A stretch of DNA of 64,000 nucleotides from an uncultured Clostridia bacterium (GCA_937894515.1 CALCRH010000259.1:4624-68623), one strand, 5' to 3'. Positions 41,254 through 51,546 are shown, counted from the stretch's first letter. The notes: generated by a model from the sequence alone, not told the origin. A program made the numbers and translations.

Positions 41254-42777
41254 TCAAATGTCGAATTCTTCTTTGATCTGCCCTGCCAATACCGTCTTGG
41301 CGATTTTGCCCAATGCATTGACAGGAAAGCTGTCCAGAATCACATAGTTTCTGGGTACTTTATAATGGATCAGCTCATCTGCGGCAAAACGCTCCAGCGC
41401 CTGCACGTCAATATCGCGCTGCACCGTAAGATAGGCGCGGCAAACATTTCCCATGCTGTGGTGCGGGATCGGCAGAACTGCCGCACCGGTTACGCCCGGA
41501 TAGCGCAAGAGCACATCTTCGATCTCCTGCGGATAGACGTTATAGCCGCCCACCGTAAACATATCATCGTTGCGTCCGCACAGATGCAGGCATCTGTTTT
41601 CATCCTCATAGGCCATGTCTCCGGCAAGAAAATAGCCATCGCTGTCCCGGGGAAGGATCTGGGACACATAACCGCCGATCACGCTGTCCCCTTTGTAACA
41701 GAGCTGGCCGATCTCACCCGGTTTCACCGGCATACCCTGCGCGTCAGCAATTTTGTACTGCAATTCCGGCATGACCCGTCCCACCGTTTCGTGCTGATCC
41801 GCACCGAAAGCAGATGATGAATAGGAGCAAAAGCCGCTGGTCTCTGTCATTCCCAACGGATTTTCCAGAACCGGGCAGATCTGCGCCATCTGGTCTGCCA
41901 ACTGTCTTCTCAGTACCGAGGCACCGGTTATTCCAACACGCACGCTGGAAAGATCATAGGTATGTCCCGCAAGCGCCTCAACGATCTTTGCCCACATGGC
42001 GGGGACGCCGCACAATACGGTGGCGCGGTATTTCTCTGTGTTCTCCAGCACACGCTGCGGGTGGAAGTCCGGCTGCAAAATCAGTGATCCACCGCCATAG
42101 AGTGGCGCATAGCCACACTCCACAAATCCGCTGACATGGTTAACCGGGAAACAGTGCTGTATCACGTCATCCGGGGAAAAACCCGATGGGCTGAAAAGAT
42201 GCGTATCCTGCATCCACGCAGAAGCCAGCGCATTTCTGTGGGTGAGTACGGCGCCCTTTGGCTTTTTCGTCGTTCCCGATGTATAGAGGATCAGGAACGG
42301 ATCGTCCAGCTGCACCTGCTCCCGGGTCTGTGCCAAAAGCGGCAGCATCTCCCGATCCGGCAGGGCGGGCAGCAGCTCACTGCTCGGTATCAACAGCGCG
42401 GAATTTTCCGCTGCTATCGGGCGGTATGTCGCATACAGACTGTCTTCGCAAACGGCGATTTTCGGCGTCAGCTCGCGGAAAACGGCAGATATCGCCTCCG
42501 GCTTGCTGCGAAAAGCCACACCGGCGCAGACCGCGCCGATCATGCTGGACGCCAGATAGACGTAAAAGAATTCCGGAATGCCCCGCATGGCATACACAAT
42601 GCGGTCACCCTTCCTGACGCCGAGTTTCAGGAACCGAAGCGCCACAGTTCTGGCGCGGGAACAGAGCGTATCGTAGGAAATCACGCTGTCCTCATAGATC
42701 AGCGCCTGCTTTTCCGGTGTTTCAAGTGCATAGTGCTCGATGCTTTCAAATACGGTATGATAGGGATAGGAAATCAT
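41254..42777 (-). CDS. Adenylate-forming acyl-CoA synthetase / AMP ligase
   Basis: YTSGTTKKPKG, GMTET, AGD, GR.DD..GGYNVYPQEIE, PVNALGK. Confidence 0.92.
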   Translation of the reverse strand: MISYPYHTVFESIEHYALETPEKQALIYEDSVISYDTLCSRARTVALRFLKLGVRKGDRIVYAMRGIPEFFYVYLASSMIGAVCAGVAFRSKPEAISAVFRELTPKIAVCEDSLYATYRPIAAENSALLIPSSELLPALPDREMLPLLAQTREQVQLDDPFLILYTSGTTKKPKGAVLTHRNALASAWMQDTHLFSPSGFSPDDVIQHCFPVNHVSGFVECGYAPLYGGGSLILQPDFHPQRVLENTEKYRATVLCGVPAMWAKIVEALAGHTYDLSSVRVGITGASVLRRQLADQMAQICPVLENPLGMTETSGFCSYSSSAFGADQHETVGRVMPELQYKIADAQGMPVKPGEIGQLCYKGDSVIGGYVSQILPRDSDGYFLAGDMAYEDENRCLHLCGRNDDMFTVGGYNVYPQEIEDVLLRYPGVTGAAVLPIPHHSMGNVCRAYLTVQRDIDVQALERFAADELIHYKVPRNYVILDSFPVNALGKIAKTVLAGQIKEEFDI

Positions 42778-43046
42778 GGCTGTAACCTCAATACGACCTT
42801 TCTTGGTTTGCTTTTTTGCATGATTATGGATCGGGTAACGGTTCGCGGAAAGCCGATGCTGCGGCAGAACGATTTGCGCAGGGCGGATAAAACAGATGAG
42901 ACTACCCGAAATCCGTTTATAAAATAATTACAAACATTTTATCATAGTTTGCCTCATATTGCAATCGAGGTACTTAACTCAAGGAAAGAACTCGACAAGG
43001 CCTTTTTTTAATAGGGGCAGCTTTTTTGTGCTGCCCCCTAACCGAT

Positions 43047-43814
43047 TTATTCTGTTTTTTCCGTTTCCAGTTCCGCCATTGCTTCGTTGAATACCTTTTT
43101 TTCATGGCGGGAGTGGATCACGGACTTGTCGAATTTCTCCCACATGTCGGGCCGCCGCAAAATCGTCCGCTTATAGCTCTCCTTCCGCCGCCAGTCGTCC
43201 ACCGCGCCGTGGTTTCCGCTGAGCAGTACCGCCGGCACCTTGCGCCCGTGCCATTCCTCCGGACGGCTGTACTGGGGATATTCCAGCAAACCGTTCCAAT
43301 GGCTCTCATCGGTATAGCAGCTCTCCTCCGGCAGCACGCCGGGGATCATACGGCACAGGCAGTCGGCCACCGCCATAGCCGGGATCTCGCCGCCGGTCAG
43401 TACGAAATCCCCGATGGACAGCTCCTCATCCACGCACTCGTCCAAAAATCGCTGGTCGATACCCTCATAGTGGCCGCATACCAGGATCAGTCTGTCATAC
43501 TGTGCTACCAGTTCCTTGGCCACCTGCTGGTCAAACACCCGTCCGCAGGGAGACATGTAGATCGTATGCAGCCGTTTCCCTGCCTCGTTGCAGATATGTT
43601 CCCAGCAGCGGTACAGCGGGTCGCATTGCATCACCGCACCCCGACCGCCGCCATAGGGGTAGTCGTCCACCTGCATCTGCTTGTTGGTGGTGTACTCCCG
43701 GATCTGATGGGTCACAATGGAAACATGGCCTGCCGCCTGCGCTCTGCCGATAATGGACTGGTCCATCATGGCATGGATCGCATCGGGGAACAGGGTCATA
43801 ATGTCAATCCTCAT
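43047..43814 (-). CDS. trmD: tRNA (guanine37-N1)-methyltransferase
   Basis: TLFP, VDDYPYGGG, CGHYEGID, SIGDFVLTGGE, LEYPQYSRP. Confidence 0.97.
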   Translation of the reverse strand: MRIDIMTLFPDAIHAMMDQSIIGRAQAAGHVSIVTHQIREYTTNKQMQVDDYPYGGGRGAVMQCDPLYRCWEHICNEAGKRLHTIYMSPCGRVFDQQVAKELVAQYDRLILVCGHYEGIDQRFLDECVDEELSIGDFVLTGGEIPAMAVADCLCRMIPGVLPEESCYTDESHWNGLLEYPQYSRPEEWHGRKVPAVLLSGNHGAVDDWRRKESYKRTILRRPDMWEKFDKSVIHSRHEKKVFNEAMAELETEKTE

Positions 43815-44310
43815 CCACTGCCAGTCCTTTCATCATCTTAACGCGGACGATCCCCGCTTCGAGATCCACGCCGTCAATAAACACGCCGGGCACAGCAGGG
43901 ATCAGGTATTCCCGCTCCCCTTTTACCTCGTAGACCTTATGGGCAGGATAGGTCAGCACCCGGGTGATCTTTCCCAGCATCGCACCGGTTGCCGCATCTT
44001 CCACCCCACAGCCCTCCAGCTCTGCATCAAAGTATTCTCCCGCCGGCAAAGACGCGTCATCGCGGCAGATGGAAACCCGCTTGCCCTTCATAGCCAGCGC
44101 CGCATCCATGTCCTCAACGCCCGGCAGGGTCAGCAGCACCGTGCTTTTATGCACCCTGGCAGCTTTTACTTTCGTCTCCTTGCCGGCAATAAAAAGGCGG
44201 TCAAACGCCGCAATAAATGCCGGGTCGAATCCGTCCGGATTCAGTTTTACTTCCCCACGCACACCGTGGGCATTGACAATGGTGCCAACCTCGATCCATT
44301 TCTGTTTCAT
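43804..44310 (-). CDS. rimM: Ribosome maturation factor RimM
   Basis: VGTIVNAHGVRGEVK, EYLIPAV; rimM-trmD synteny. Confidence 0.95.
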   Translation of the reverse strand: MKQKWIEVGTIVNAHGVRGEVKLNPDGFDPAFIAAFDRLFIAGKETKVKAARVHKSTVLLTLPGVEDMDAALAMKGKRVSICRDDASLPAGEYFDAELEGCGVEDAATGAMLGKITRVLTYPAHKVYEVKGEREYLIPAVPGVFIDGVDLEAGIVRVKMMKGLAVDED

Positions 44311-44318
44311 CCTTCACC

Positions 44319-44633
44319 TCACGAAATCCAGCCCAGACTAAAGTGGAGCTGAATGCGTAAAAACCAATACAATGCCAGAGCTACTATGTCGAACATCAGC
44401 CCCAGCAAGGTCATCATGTTCTGTCTGCGATAATACCGTACGCATGCCACAGCCGCACCCACCACAGAGGAGAGAATGGGTAAAATCAGCATAATGTTCA
44501 TGGGTAAAAAGGCTGTCCAGCCATAGCCCCAGATGCTCAGGGAGGCCAGCGCCGCAATATCGTAGGCAAAAATCGGCCATACCAGGTTGACAATACCGTG
44601 GATAAATGACCAGACGTCCCGATTGTGTTTCAT
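44319..44633 (-). CDS. Hypothetical 3-TM membrane protein
   Basis: Hydrophobic 104-aa ORF with SD, co-oriented with rimM. Confidence 0.65.
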   Translation of the reverse strand: MKHNRDVWSFIHGIVNLVWPIFAYDIAALASLSIWGYGWTAFLPMNIMLILPILSSVVGAAVACVRYYRRQNMMTLLGLMFDIVALALYWFLRIQLHFSLGWIS

Positions 44634-44671
44634 CGCTTTGTCCCCCTTTCCACTGTTTTTTTCTGCCGCGC

Positions 44672-45208
44672 TTACACCAGATGGACTTCTTTGGATGAAA
44701 TCCGCCGCAGTTCTTCGATCTTACCTAAATAAAAATAATCCCGTCCCTCCGGTATCAGTACACCGGTCACCGAGACAAAGTCGCCGCTCTTGATGTTCCT
44801 CAGGATCTCCTCCCGATCATCGAAGTCTGACACATCGATACACAGGCCGAAACCGGTGTCCAGACGACCCTGCTCATTCATGCGCCAATAAGGAAACCGA
44901 ACCGTCAGCCGGCGATCCATATACTTTCTGCCCACGCCTTTGATATATTCCGTTTTGACCTGTTCAAACGCCATGGGCACGATCTCGCCGTCCGGCGCGT
45001 GAAAATAGAGAGAACCATATAAAAAGCTCAGTCTCTTGATACGGGAGCCCTGATGGGCAATACAGAATACCGCCATGACCACGATCACCACCGCGCCATA
45101 AAGCCCTTCGCCCTTTATCAAGCACACAACAGCCAGAATAATGCCGGTGATCAAGATGATACGGTTCACCCAATCCTGGCTGCGCCAGAAACTCTTTAAT
45201 TTCTCCAT
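44672..45208 (-). CDS. Hypothetical protein, 2 N-terminal TM + possible OB-fold
   Basis: MEKLKSFW start after GAGGTG; IKSGDFVSVTG resembles an OB-fold strand. Confidence 0.65.
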   Translation of the reverse strand: MEKLKSFWRSQDWVNRIILITGIILAVVCLIKGEGLYGAVVIVVMAVFCIAHQGSRIKRLSFLYGSLYFHAPDGEIVPMAFEQVKTEYIKGVGRKYMDRRLTVRFPYWRMNEQGRLDTGFGLCIDVSDFDDREEILRNIKSGDFVSVTGVLIPEGRDYFYLGKIEELRRISSKEVHLV

Positions 45209-45275
45209 AGCACACCTCTGCCTCATATTTTTGGAAGTATCATACCATATCCCGTAAAAAAGGTCAAATTCAGCC

Positions 45276-45303
45276 TTGCATTTCTCAAAATATCTGATAT
45301 AAT
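45276..45303 (+). promoter_or_regulatory. Extended -10 promoter for LysR gene
   Basis: TTGCAT, 16-bp spacer containing TG at the extended -10 position, TATAAT. Confidence 0.55.
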
Positions 45304-45357
45304 TATTTTCAATGGTAGGAGAAAAAGATATTAGTTGTTCTTATATGAGGTATTTCT

Positions 45358-46245
45358 ATGTCTGTTAAGTTGGAATTATACAAAGTTTTCAAGGAGGTGG
45401 CTGAGGCAGGCAATATCACCGCCGCTGCTCAGGCCTTGTATATCAGCCAATCCGCCGTCAGTCAGAGCATCAAGCAGTTGGAAAGTGAGCTGCAGACCCG
45501 TCTGTTCTCCCGCAACAGCCGCGGTGTTTCTCTGACCGGTGAGGGAAAGATGCTCTATGAGTATGTCCGCAACGCCATGGGTCTTCTGGAAACCGGCGAG
45601 GCCAAGCTGAGCCAGACCCGTGAACTGCAGATGGGCCAGCTGACCATCGGCGCCAGCGATACTGTCACCAGTCAGTTCCTTCTCCCCTTTTTGGATGCGT
45701 TTCACCACCAGTATCCCGCCATTCATATCCGCATTATCTCCGGCCGCAGCGGCAAAGTGCTGAGCCTGCTGCAGTCCGGTAAGGTGGATATTGCCTTTGC
45801 CAGCACCCCCAACGAAGAGGGATTCGAGACCTGTTCCTGCTTTGCTACCCACTCGATCTTTGTGGCAGGTGCCAAGTATCCCTGCGATTTTGAGCATGTC
45901 TATACCCTGGAGGAGATCGCGGCATTCCCCCTGATCCTGCTGGAGCGGAAGGCCTCCTCCCGCATCTATTTGGAAAAGTTCTTTTTGCAGAACGGTCAGC
46001 ATCTCAAGCCGGAAATCGAATTGGGTGCCCGGAGTCTTCTGGTGGATCTGGCCACCATTGGCTTCGGTGTGGCGGGTGTTACCGAGGAATTCGTGCAGAA
46101 AGAGCTGGCAGACGGCCGTCTGCGTAAGCTGAAAACCACTTTTGATATTCCCCGGCGCAGTGTGGATATGTGTATTCTCAAGGGGGTCCCCCAGTCCGCC
46201 GCTGCCCAGCGATTTGTGGATTTCGTAAAATCGAAAAAACTGTAA
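45358..46245 (+). CDS. LysR family transcriptional regulator
   Basis: GNITAAAQALYISQSAVSQSIKQLE...LFSRNSRGVSLTGEG. Confidence 0.95.
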   Translation: MSVKLELYKVFKEVAEAGNITAAAQALYISQSAVSQSIKQLESELQTRLFSRNSRGVSLTGEGKMLYEYVRNAMGLLETGEAKLSQTRELQMGQLTIGASDTVTSQFLLPFLDAFHHQYPAIHIRIISGRSGKVLSLLQSGKVDIAFASTPNEEGFETCSCFATHSIFVAGAKYPCDFEHVYTLEEIAAFPLILLERKASSRIYLEKFFLQNGQHLKPEIELGARSLLVDLATIGFGVAGVTEEFVQKELADGRLRKLKTTFDIPRRSVDMCILKGVPQSAAAQRFVDFVKSKKL

Positions 46246-46433
46246 AACTTTCCCAAAGTTTTCCGCCATTTGCCGGTTTTCTTCTCCCAATCGGCAAATT
46301 GGACAAATCCGGGAAAAAAACGGCAAAAAAGTTTTCCGTTTTTGCCTGTTGCCGATTTTTCTTTTTTGGCGCATATTATACAAAATAGTATTTTAATTTA
46401 AAATTTAAAAGCATCATCAGGAGGAGTCTCGCT

Positions 46434-47015
46434 ATGCAAGAGTTAAAAGACCGCATTGCCCGCGAAGGGAAAGTCCTGCCCGGCAATATCGTAAAAATTG
46501 ACGGCTTTATGAACCATCTGGTGGATACCGACCTGATGCGAAATATTGCCCGGGAATTTGCCCGGCGGTTCGACCTTTCCCAGGTGACCCGCGTCCTCAC
46601 CGCAGAGGCCAGCGGCATCGCTTTGGCCACCATCTGCGCCGATACCTTCGGCGTACCCATGCTGTTTGCCAAGAAGGCTAAGAGCGACAACATCGAAAGC
46701 GGCTTGTACCAGAGCGAGGTATTCTCTTATACATACAAGAAGAAGGTGACCCTTCTGGTCTCCAACGAGTGGCTGGGGCCCAATGATAAAGTCCTCATCA
46801 TAGACGATTTCATGGCCAACGGTTACGCCATGCAGGGTCTGGTGGACATTGTTAAGGCCGCCGGTGCTGAGCTGGTCGGTATCGGCGTGGCAGTGGAAAA
46901 GGGCTTCCAGGGCGGCGGCGACAAGTTCCGCGCCATGCCCGATGTCAATTATCAGGCTTTGGCTGTTATCGAAAAAGCAGACGAAAACGGTATTATTTTC
47001 AGGGAGGATGACTAA
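46434..47015 (+). CDS. xpt: Xanthine phosphoribosyltransferase
   Basis: [40 protein letters not shown]. Confidence 0.93.
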   Translation: MQELKDRIAREGKVLPGNIVKIDGFMNHLVDTDLMRNIAREFARRFDLSQVTRVLTAEASGIALATICADTFGVPMLFAKKAKSDNIESGLYQSEVFSYTYKKKVTLLVSNEWLGPNDKVLIIDDFMANGYAMQGLVDIVKAAGAELVGIGVAVEKGFQGGGDKFRAMPDVNYQALAVIEKADENGIIFREDD

Positions 47016-47016
47016 A

Positions 47017-47991
47017 ATGGAGAAAAGACCCGAATCCATGGCACGTATCAATACCCCCGCTTTGGCGGAGGCGTTTATCACCGAGCAGATCGCGGCGATC
47101 CGTTCCCAAGTCGGCGACAAGAAAGTTCTGCTGGCTCTTTCCGGCGGTGTAGACTCCAGTGTAGTGGCCGCTCTGCTGATCAAGGCCATCGGCAAGCAGC
47201 TGGTCTGCGTCCACGTCAACCACGGTCTTTTGCGTAAGGGGGAGCCCGAGCAGGTCATCGAGGTGTTCCGCAACCAGATGGGCGCCGAGCTGATCTATGT
47301 AGATGCTGCCGACCGTTTCCTGGACAAGCTGGCCGGTGTCAGCGATCCCGAGAGCAAGCGCAAGATCATCGGCAAGGAGTTCATTGATGTCTTTGCTGAG
47401 GAGGCCAAGAAGCTGCAGGGCGTAGCATTTCTGGCACAGGGTACCATCTATCCCGATATTCTGGAATCCAACGGCATCAAGAGCCACCACAATGTAGGCG
47501 GTCTGCCGGAGGATCTGAACTTTGAGCTGGTGGAGCCGGTGAAGTTCCTCTATAAGGACGAGGTCCGCGTGGTGGGTACCGCGTTGGGTCTGCCCGACAG
47601 CATGGTCTACCGTCAGCCCTTCCCCGGTCCCGGTCTGGGTGTCCGCTGCGTGGGCGCCATCACCCGTGACCGTCTGGAAGCTGTCCGGGAAAGCGATGCC
47701 ATTCTCCGGGAAGAGTTCGCTAAGAACGGCCTGCAGGGCAAGGTCTGGCAGTACTTCACCGTAGTGCCCGACTTCAAGTCCACCGGCATTACCGATGGAA
47801 AGCGCACCGATGCCTGGCCCGTCATCATCCGTGCGGTGAACACCGTGGATGCCATGACCGCCACCGTGGAAAACGTCCCCTTCGAGCTGCTGCAGCATAT
47901 CACCATGCGCATCACCGCCGAGGTCAAGGGCGTTAACCGCTGCCTGTACGACCTGACCCCCAAGGGACCCGCCACCATCGAATATGAATAA
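47017..47991 (+). CDS. guaA: GMP synthase, ATP pyrophosphatase + dimerization domains only (no glutaminase domain)
   Basis: [44 protein letters not shown]; start ATG 47017 after GGGAGG. Confidence 0.9.
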   Translation: MEKRPESMARINTPALAEAFITEQIAAIRSQVGDKKVLLALSGGVDSSVVAALLIKAIGKQLVCVHVNHGLLRKGEPEQVIEVFRNQMGAELIYVDAADRFLDKLAGVSDPESKRKIIGKEFIDVFAEEAKKLQGVAFLAQGTIYPDILESNGIKSHHNVGGLPEDLNFELVEPVKFLYKDEVRVVGTALGLPDSMVYRQPFPGPGLGVRCVGAITRDRLEAVRESDAILREEFAKNGLQGKVWQYFTVVPDFKSTGITDGKRTDAWPVIIRAVNTVDAMTATVENVPFELLQHITMRITAEVKGVNRCLYDLTPKGPATIEYE

Positions 47992-47994
47992 AGC

Positions 47995-48030
47995 ATAAGA
48001 AAAGACACCCTCCCGGGTGTCTTTTCTTAT
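47995..48030. terminator. Bidirectional terminator guaA / rqcH
   Basis: Perfect 16-bp IR ATAAGAAAAGACACCC-TCCC-GGGTGTCTTTTCTTAT. Confidence 0.85.
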
Positions 48031-49745
48031 GCTTTCAGACGCTTGACCAGTTCCTCGTCCGGCTCAGCCAATATGGTTTGATACACGGTATAAACCACCA
48101 TGCCCGGACGGCTGCCGGCAGGCTTTTTCACATACTTCACCGGTGTGTAGTCCACCGGCACTTTACTCCCCTCTTTTCCCTGGGAATACCACGCCGCCAA
48201 AGCTGCCGCCTCATATAGGCTCTGCTGATCCGGCTGGGTGCCCTCGGTACAGAGAATTACATGGGAGCCGTGTATCTTCTGGGTATGGAGCCAGATATCC
48301 CACTTCTGTGCTGTCTTGGTGGTCAGCTTGTCGTTTTGTGCGTTGTTCCGGCCCACCAGGATCCGTAGTCCCGCTGTGGAGCGAAACTCCCGGGGTTTGG
48401 ACTGCCGCTGAAATCCCGCCTGCTTTTTTCCGCTCCGGCGGAGATATCCGCCCTCGGTCAGCTCGGCGCGAATGTCGTTAAAATCCTGCTCACTTTCCGC
48501 CTGGGCAATTTCCTGCACCACGCTTTCCAGATAGGTCAATTCCGCCCTGCCCTTTACCATCTGCTCGGTCAGGATCTTCTCGGCGGTTTTTGCTTTGGTG
48601 TACTGCTTGAAATACCGCGCCGCATTCTCTTGAGGAGAAAGCCGTACATCCAAGGGGATCTCCACCTGGGGACACCCCTCTTCGTAGTAGTTTTCTACCG
48701 TCACCCGGGACTGACCCCGCTCCATGCGATAGAAATTTGCCGTCAGCAGTTCGCCGCAGATTCGGTACTTCTCGCGGTTTTGGGTCTGTGCATACTCCTT
48801 TTCCTGCATGGCAAGCCGGCGCCGCACGCGGTTTACCGCGTTGGTCGCCGTTTTCAGCAGATCCTGTCCCTTTTGTCTGACCCTCTCGGCCTGTTCCCGC
48901 TCTGCATAGAAACGGTCCAGCATAGCCGAAAAGCTGTCGCAGATCTTTCCTTGTGCATACTGTTCATACTGCTCCAGCGCTTCGTAAGAGAAGTCTATGG
49001 GCTTTCCGTTTCGCTCTAAAAGGACCGGGACAAACTGGTTTTCCCTTACCTGCTTTTGCCAGACGGCAAAGCTGTCCCAAAGCCGCACATCACCGCGCTG
49101 TACCTCTACCGTTCTATAGGCGCGATAGACGATCTCCCGGGCTACCAGCGGAGAAATGGCTGTAAAGGTATCCAGCAGCCACTTTTCCGGTGTCTGCTCG
49201 GTCAACAGGGATAAAAAGTCCTCTTTCTCAATCGTCAGCGGGTTCTTTTGTCCCCGGGCAGGCGGCAGATGGTAGTAGAGTCCCGGCATGACCTGCCGTT
49301 CCTCGGACATTTCAAAATCCACCCGGCGCATACAGTCGATGATCCGTCCATCCCTGCCGCACAGGATCAGGTTGGCGTGCCGTCCCATCAGTTCCAGAAT
49401 CAGAGAAAAGCGGCTCTGTTCCCCCAGTTCATCGGTAGCTTCGATGGTAATGGTCACCACACGTTCCAGAGGAGTCTGCTCCATGCTGACAATACGGCCA
49501 GACGCCAAATATTTCCGTAAAAGCATGCAGAACATGGGGGGCTGGGAGGGATTGTCCCGCAGAATCTCCGTCAGGTGCAGACGGGGCTGATTGGGACTGG
49601 CACACAGCAAAAGGCGCTTGTTGCCACGCAGCAAAAGCACCACCTGATCCCGGGCGGGCTGCTGGATCTTCTCGATCCGGCTTCCCTCGACCAGTGGTGC
49701 GATCTCTTGGACGACTGCCTGCAGGCAGATGGCATCCAGCGGCAT
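48027..49745 (-). CDS. rqcH: Ribosome quality control factor RqcH (NFACT/FbpA)
   Basis: MPLD, PPMFCMLLRK, ELMGRHAN, VGRNNAQND, HGSHV, VPVDYT, PGMVVY. Confidence 0.94.
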   Translation of the reverse strand: MPLDAICLQAVVQEIAPLVEGSRIEKIQQPARDQVVLLLRGNKRLLLCASPNQPRLHLTEILRDNPSQPPMFCMLLRKYLASGRIVSMEQTPLERVVTITIEATDELGEQSRFSLILELMGRHANLILCGRDGRIIDCMRRVDFEMSEERQVMPGLYYHLPPARGQKNPLTIEKEDFLSLLTEQTPEKWLLDTFTAISPLVAREIVYRAYRTVEVQRGDVRLWDSFAVWQKQVRENQFVPVLLERNGKPIDFSYEALEQYEQYAQGKICDSFSAMLDRFYAEREQAERVRQKGQDLLKTATNAVNRVRRRLAMQEKEYAQTQNREKYRICGELLTANFYRMERGQSRVTVENYYEEGCPQVEIPLDVRLSPQENAARYFKQYTKAKTAEKILTEQMVKGRAELTYLESVVQEIAQAESEQDFNDIRAELTEGGYLRRSGKKQAGFQRQSKPREFRSTAGLRILVGRNNAQNDKLTTKTAQKWDIWLHTQKIHGSHVILCTEGTQPDQQSLYEAAALAAWYSQGKEGSKVPVDYTPVKYVKKPAGSRPGMVVYTVYQTILAEPDEELVKRLKA

Positions 49746-49749
49746 GGTG

Positions 49750-50151
49750 TTATTCCTCCATCATTACGCAAAATAGGGTGTTGATCCGCTCTTTCTCCCC
49801 CCGTAGATACAGCCAGCCGAACAGAGTCTCCAATGCGGTAGCCTGCTGATACTCGCTGCGGCTGGCATGGGCGGGAATGGAGTTCACATTGGCGTTGCGG
49901 CCACGCTTGAATACGGCGCTCTCCTCTTCATTGAGCAGCGGCAGGATCTTCTCGCTGAGCGCTGCCTGTTTCGGCGCGCAAACCCGTTCAACGGTGGCGC
50001 GATGCAGACCTTTGCCGGTGGCTTTCCCATTGGCACAGAGATAGGTGCGTACCAGCAGTTCGTATACCGCATCACCCAAATGGGCAAGGCCTATCGTGCT
50101 GATCCCCCGAATTTCATCAGGGGAAAGTGTGATTTCAAAGTAATCGTTCAT
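49750..50151 (-). CDS. mrnC: Mini-ribonuclease III
   Basis: LAHLGDAVYEL, KRGRNA, ATALETLFGWLYL. Confidence 0.93.
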   Translation of the reverse strand: MNDYFEITLSPDEIRGISTIGLAHLGDAVYELLVRTYLCANGKATGKGLHRATVERVCAPKQAALSEKILPLLNEEESAVFKRGRNANVNSIPAHASRSEYQQATALETLFGWLYLRGEKERINTLFCVMMEE

Positions 50152-50384
50152 TCGATATCCCCGCTTTCAAACTGGCTTTATTATAGGTTTACCGTTTGGG
50201 AAATGTCAAGTTTGTTTCGCTTTCTCCCTGGAAGAAATTCGCAGAACAGGATCTATATTTCAGCAGAAACTGTGTCTCCTTTTCTTGACACTTATGGCAG
50301 CAGTTGCTATGATAAAAGTGTTCGATCGGTTCTCGCATTACCGGGAAAACCGATTTCATTTACAGATAAAACGAAAGGCTGCAC

Positions 50385-51191
50385 ATGAAAACACCTGCGA
50401 AAATTATTGTAATCGTTTTGACGCTACTCCTTGTTCTGGGAGCAATACCTTTCTTTGCCGCTCCGACTCGTGCCGAGGCAAAGGACGGGTCCCTGACGGT
50501 CACGCTGGAAAGCGACAAAACATACATAGCCAAAAATACACTCTATGTCCGGCTGAAGTTATCCGGAGATAAAATCTACGGTATTTCCGGCGAATTACTC
50601 TATTCCGATGAGTTGTCGCTCTTATTGGGAACGGGCTACAACGGGTGGACATTTGAACGGAATGGTGACATCTTTTGCACCTACGGAACATCTCCGCTGG
50701 AAAGCGAGACGGAGGTGTTGCAGCTCGCCTTTTATGTGTCTTCTTCGGCATTGGCAGGAAGCCCTGTTTCCGTGACTTTGCAAAACCTGAAAATATCCAA
50801 CGGCGAAACGGACAGCACGCCGATGCGCCTTGACTTGCCCCAAATCAACGTAGCCAATGGGACAAAGGACACTGCCGTAAAAACAATTCCCTGGGACAGC
50901 ACCACAGATGATGATGTTTCCGGCGGTTGCTATGTTGCCACAGCAGTCTACGGCTCTTACGATTGCCCGGAGGTCTGGACTCTTAGACGGTATCGCGATG
51001 AGACATTGGCAAAAACCTGGTATGGCAGAGCCTTTGTCCATACCTATTACGCCGTCAGCCCCACTTTGGTGAAATGGTTTGGTCAGGCCGATTGGTTTAA
51101 GGCCCTATGGCGTAAACCCCTGGATCGCATGGTGGCAGCATTGAATGCCGAAGGGGTGGCCAATACACCCTATCAGGATACCGTTTGGTAA
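50385..51191 (+). CDS. Secreted protein: cohesin-like beta-sandwich + CFI-box-CTERM domain
   Basis: Signal peptide; IYGISGELLY...LQLAFYV cohesin-like pattern; GGCYVATAVYGSYDCPEVWTLRRYRD...YYAVSP. Confidence 0.75.
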   Translation: MKTPAKIIVIVLTLLLVLGAIPFFAAPTRAEAKDGSLTVTLESDKTYIAKNTLYVRLKLSGDKIYGISGELLYSDELSLLLGTGYNGWTFERNGDIFCTYGTSPLESETEVLQLAFYVSSSALAGSPVSVTLQNLKISNGETDSTPMRLDLPQINVANGTKDTAVKTIPWDSTTDDDVSGGCYVATAVYGSYDCPEVWTLRRYRDETLAKTWYGRAFVHTYYAVSPTLVKWFGQADWFKALWRKPLDRMVAALNAEGVANTPYQDTVW

Positions 51192-51300
51192 CAAAGAGGA
51201 TATAGAAAAGTATATTCGGAAATGGACAAATCTGAAAAACTACCCAGTTCAACTAACCGACAGCACTTCCGGTTCTCCGGAATATCAAACGGCTTTTCAT

Positions 51301-51334
51301 CCTCTGCGATTTCGGCAGAGGTTTTTCTTTTTTT
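51301..51334 (+). terminator. Intrinsic terminator
   Basis: CCTCTGC-GATTTCG-GCAGAGG followed by T-rich run. Confidence 0.65.
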
Positions 51335-51505
51335 GATTGGTAAATTGTAAAATGAAATTGAAACATAAAAGAAATACACAGCGATGGAAATCTGTTAGAA
51401 TATAGTTGCTACACTCAAATCTGACAGAAGGAGCCCATTGCTTTCCAACAAAGCATTAATTTCGACATTTCAAAGCGGTATACTTGATGTATGACAAGCT
51501 AAAGT

Positions 51506-51546
51506 GTAGCAAACTACTTGACATACGACAAGTAGTTTGCTACGAT
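51506..51546 (+). promoter_or_regulatory. Promoter overlapped by a perfect 15-bp inverted-repeat operator
   Basis: GTAGCAAACTACTTG-N8-CAAGTAGTTTGCTAC; TTGACA 51518-51523, 17-bp spacer, TGnTACGAT. Confidence 0.85.

Noticed and set aside
46246..46433. Purine riboswitch upstream of xpt-guaA
   Set aside because: The purine aptamer core (e.g. GTTTCTACC) is not present.
46849..47016. N-terminal extension of guaA from the ORF track
   Set aside because: Overlaps xpt and has no GATase motifs; ATG 47017 has a good SD.
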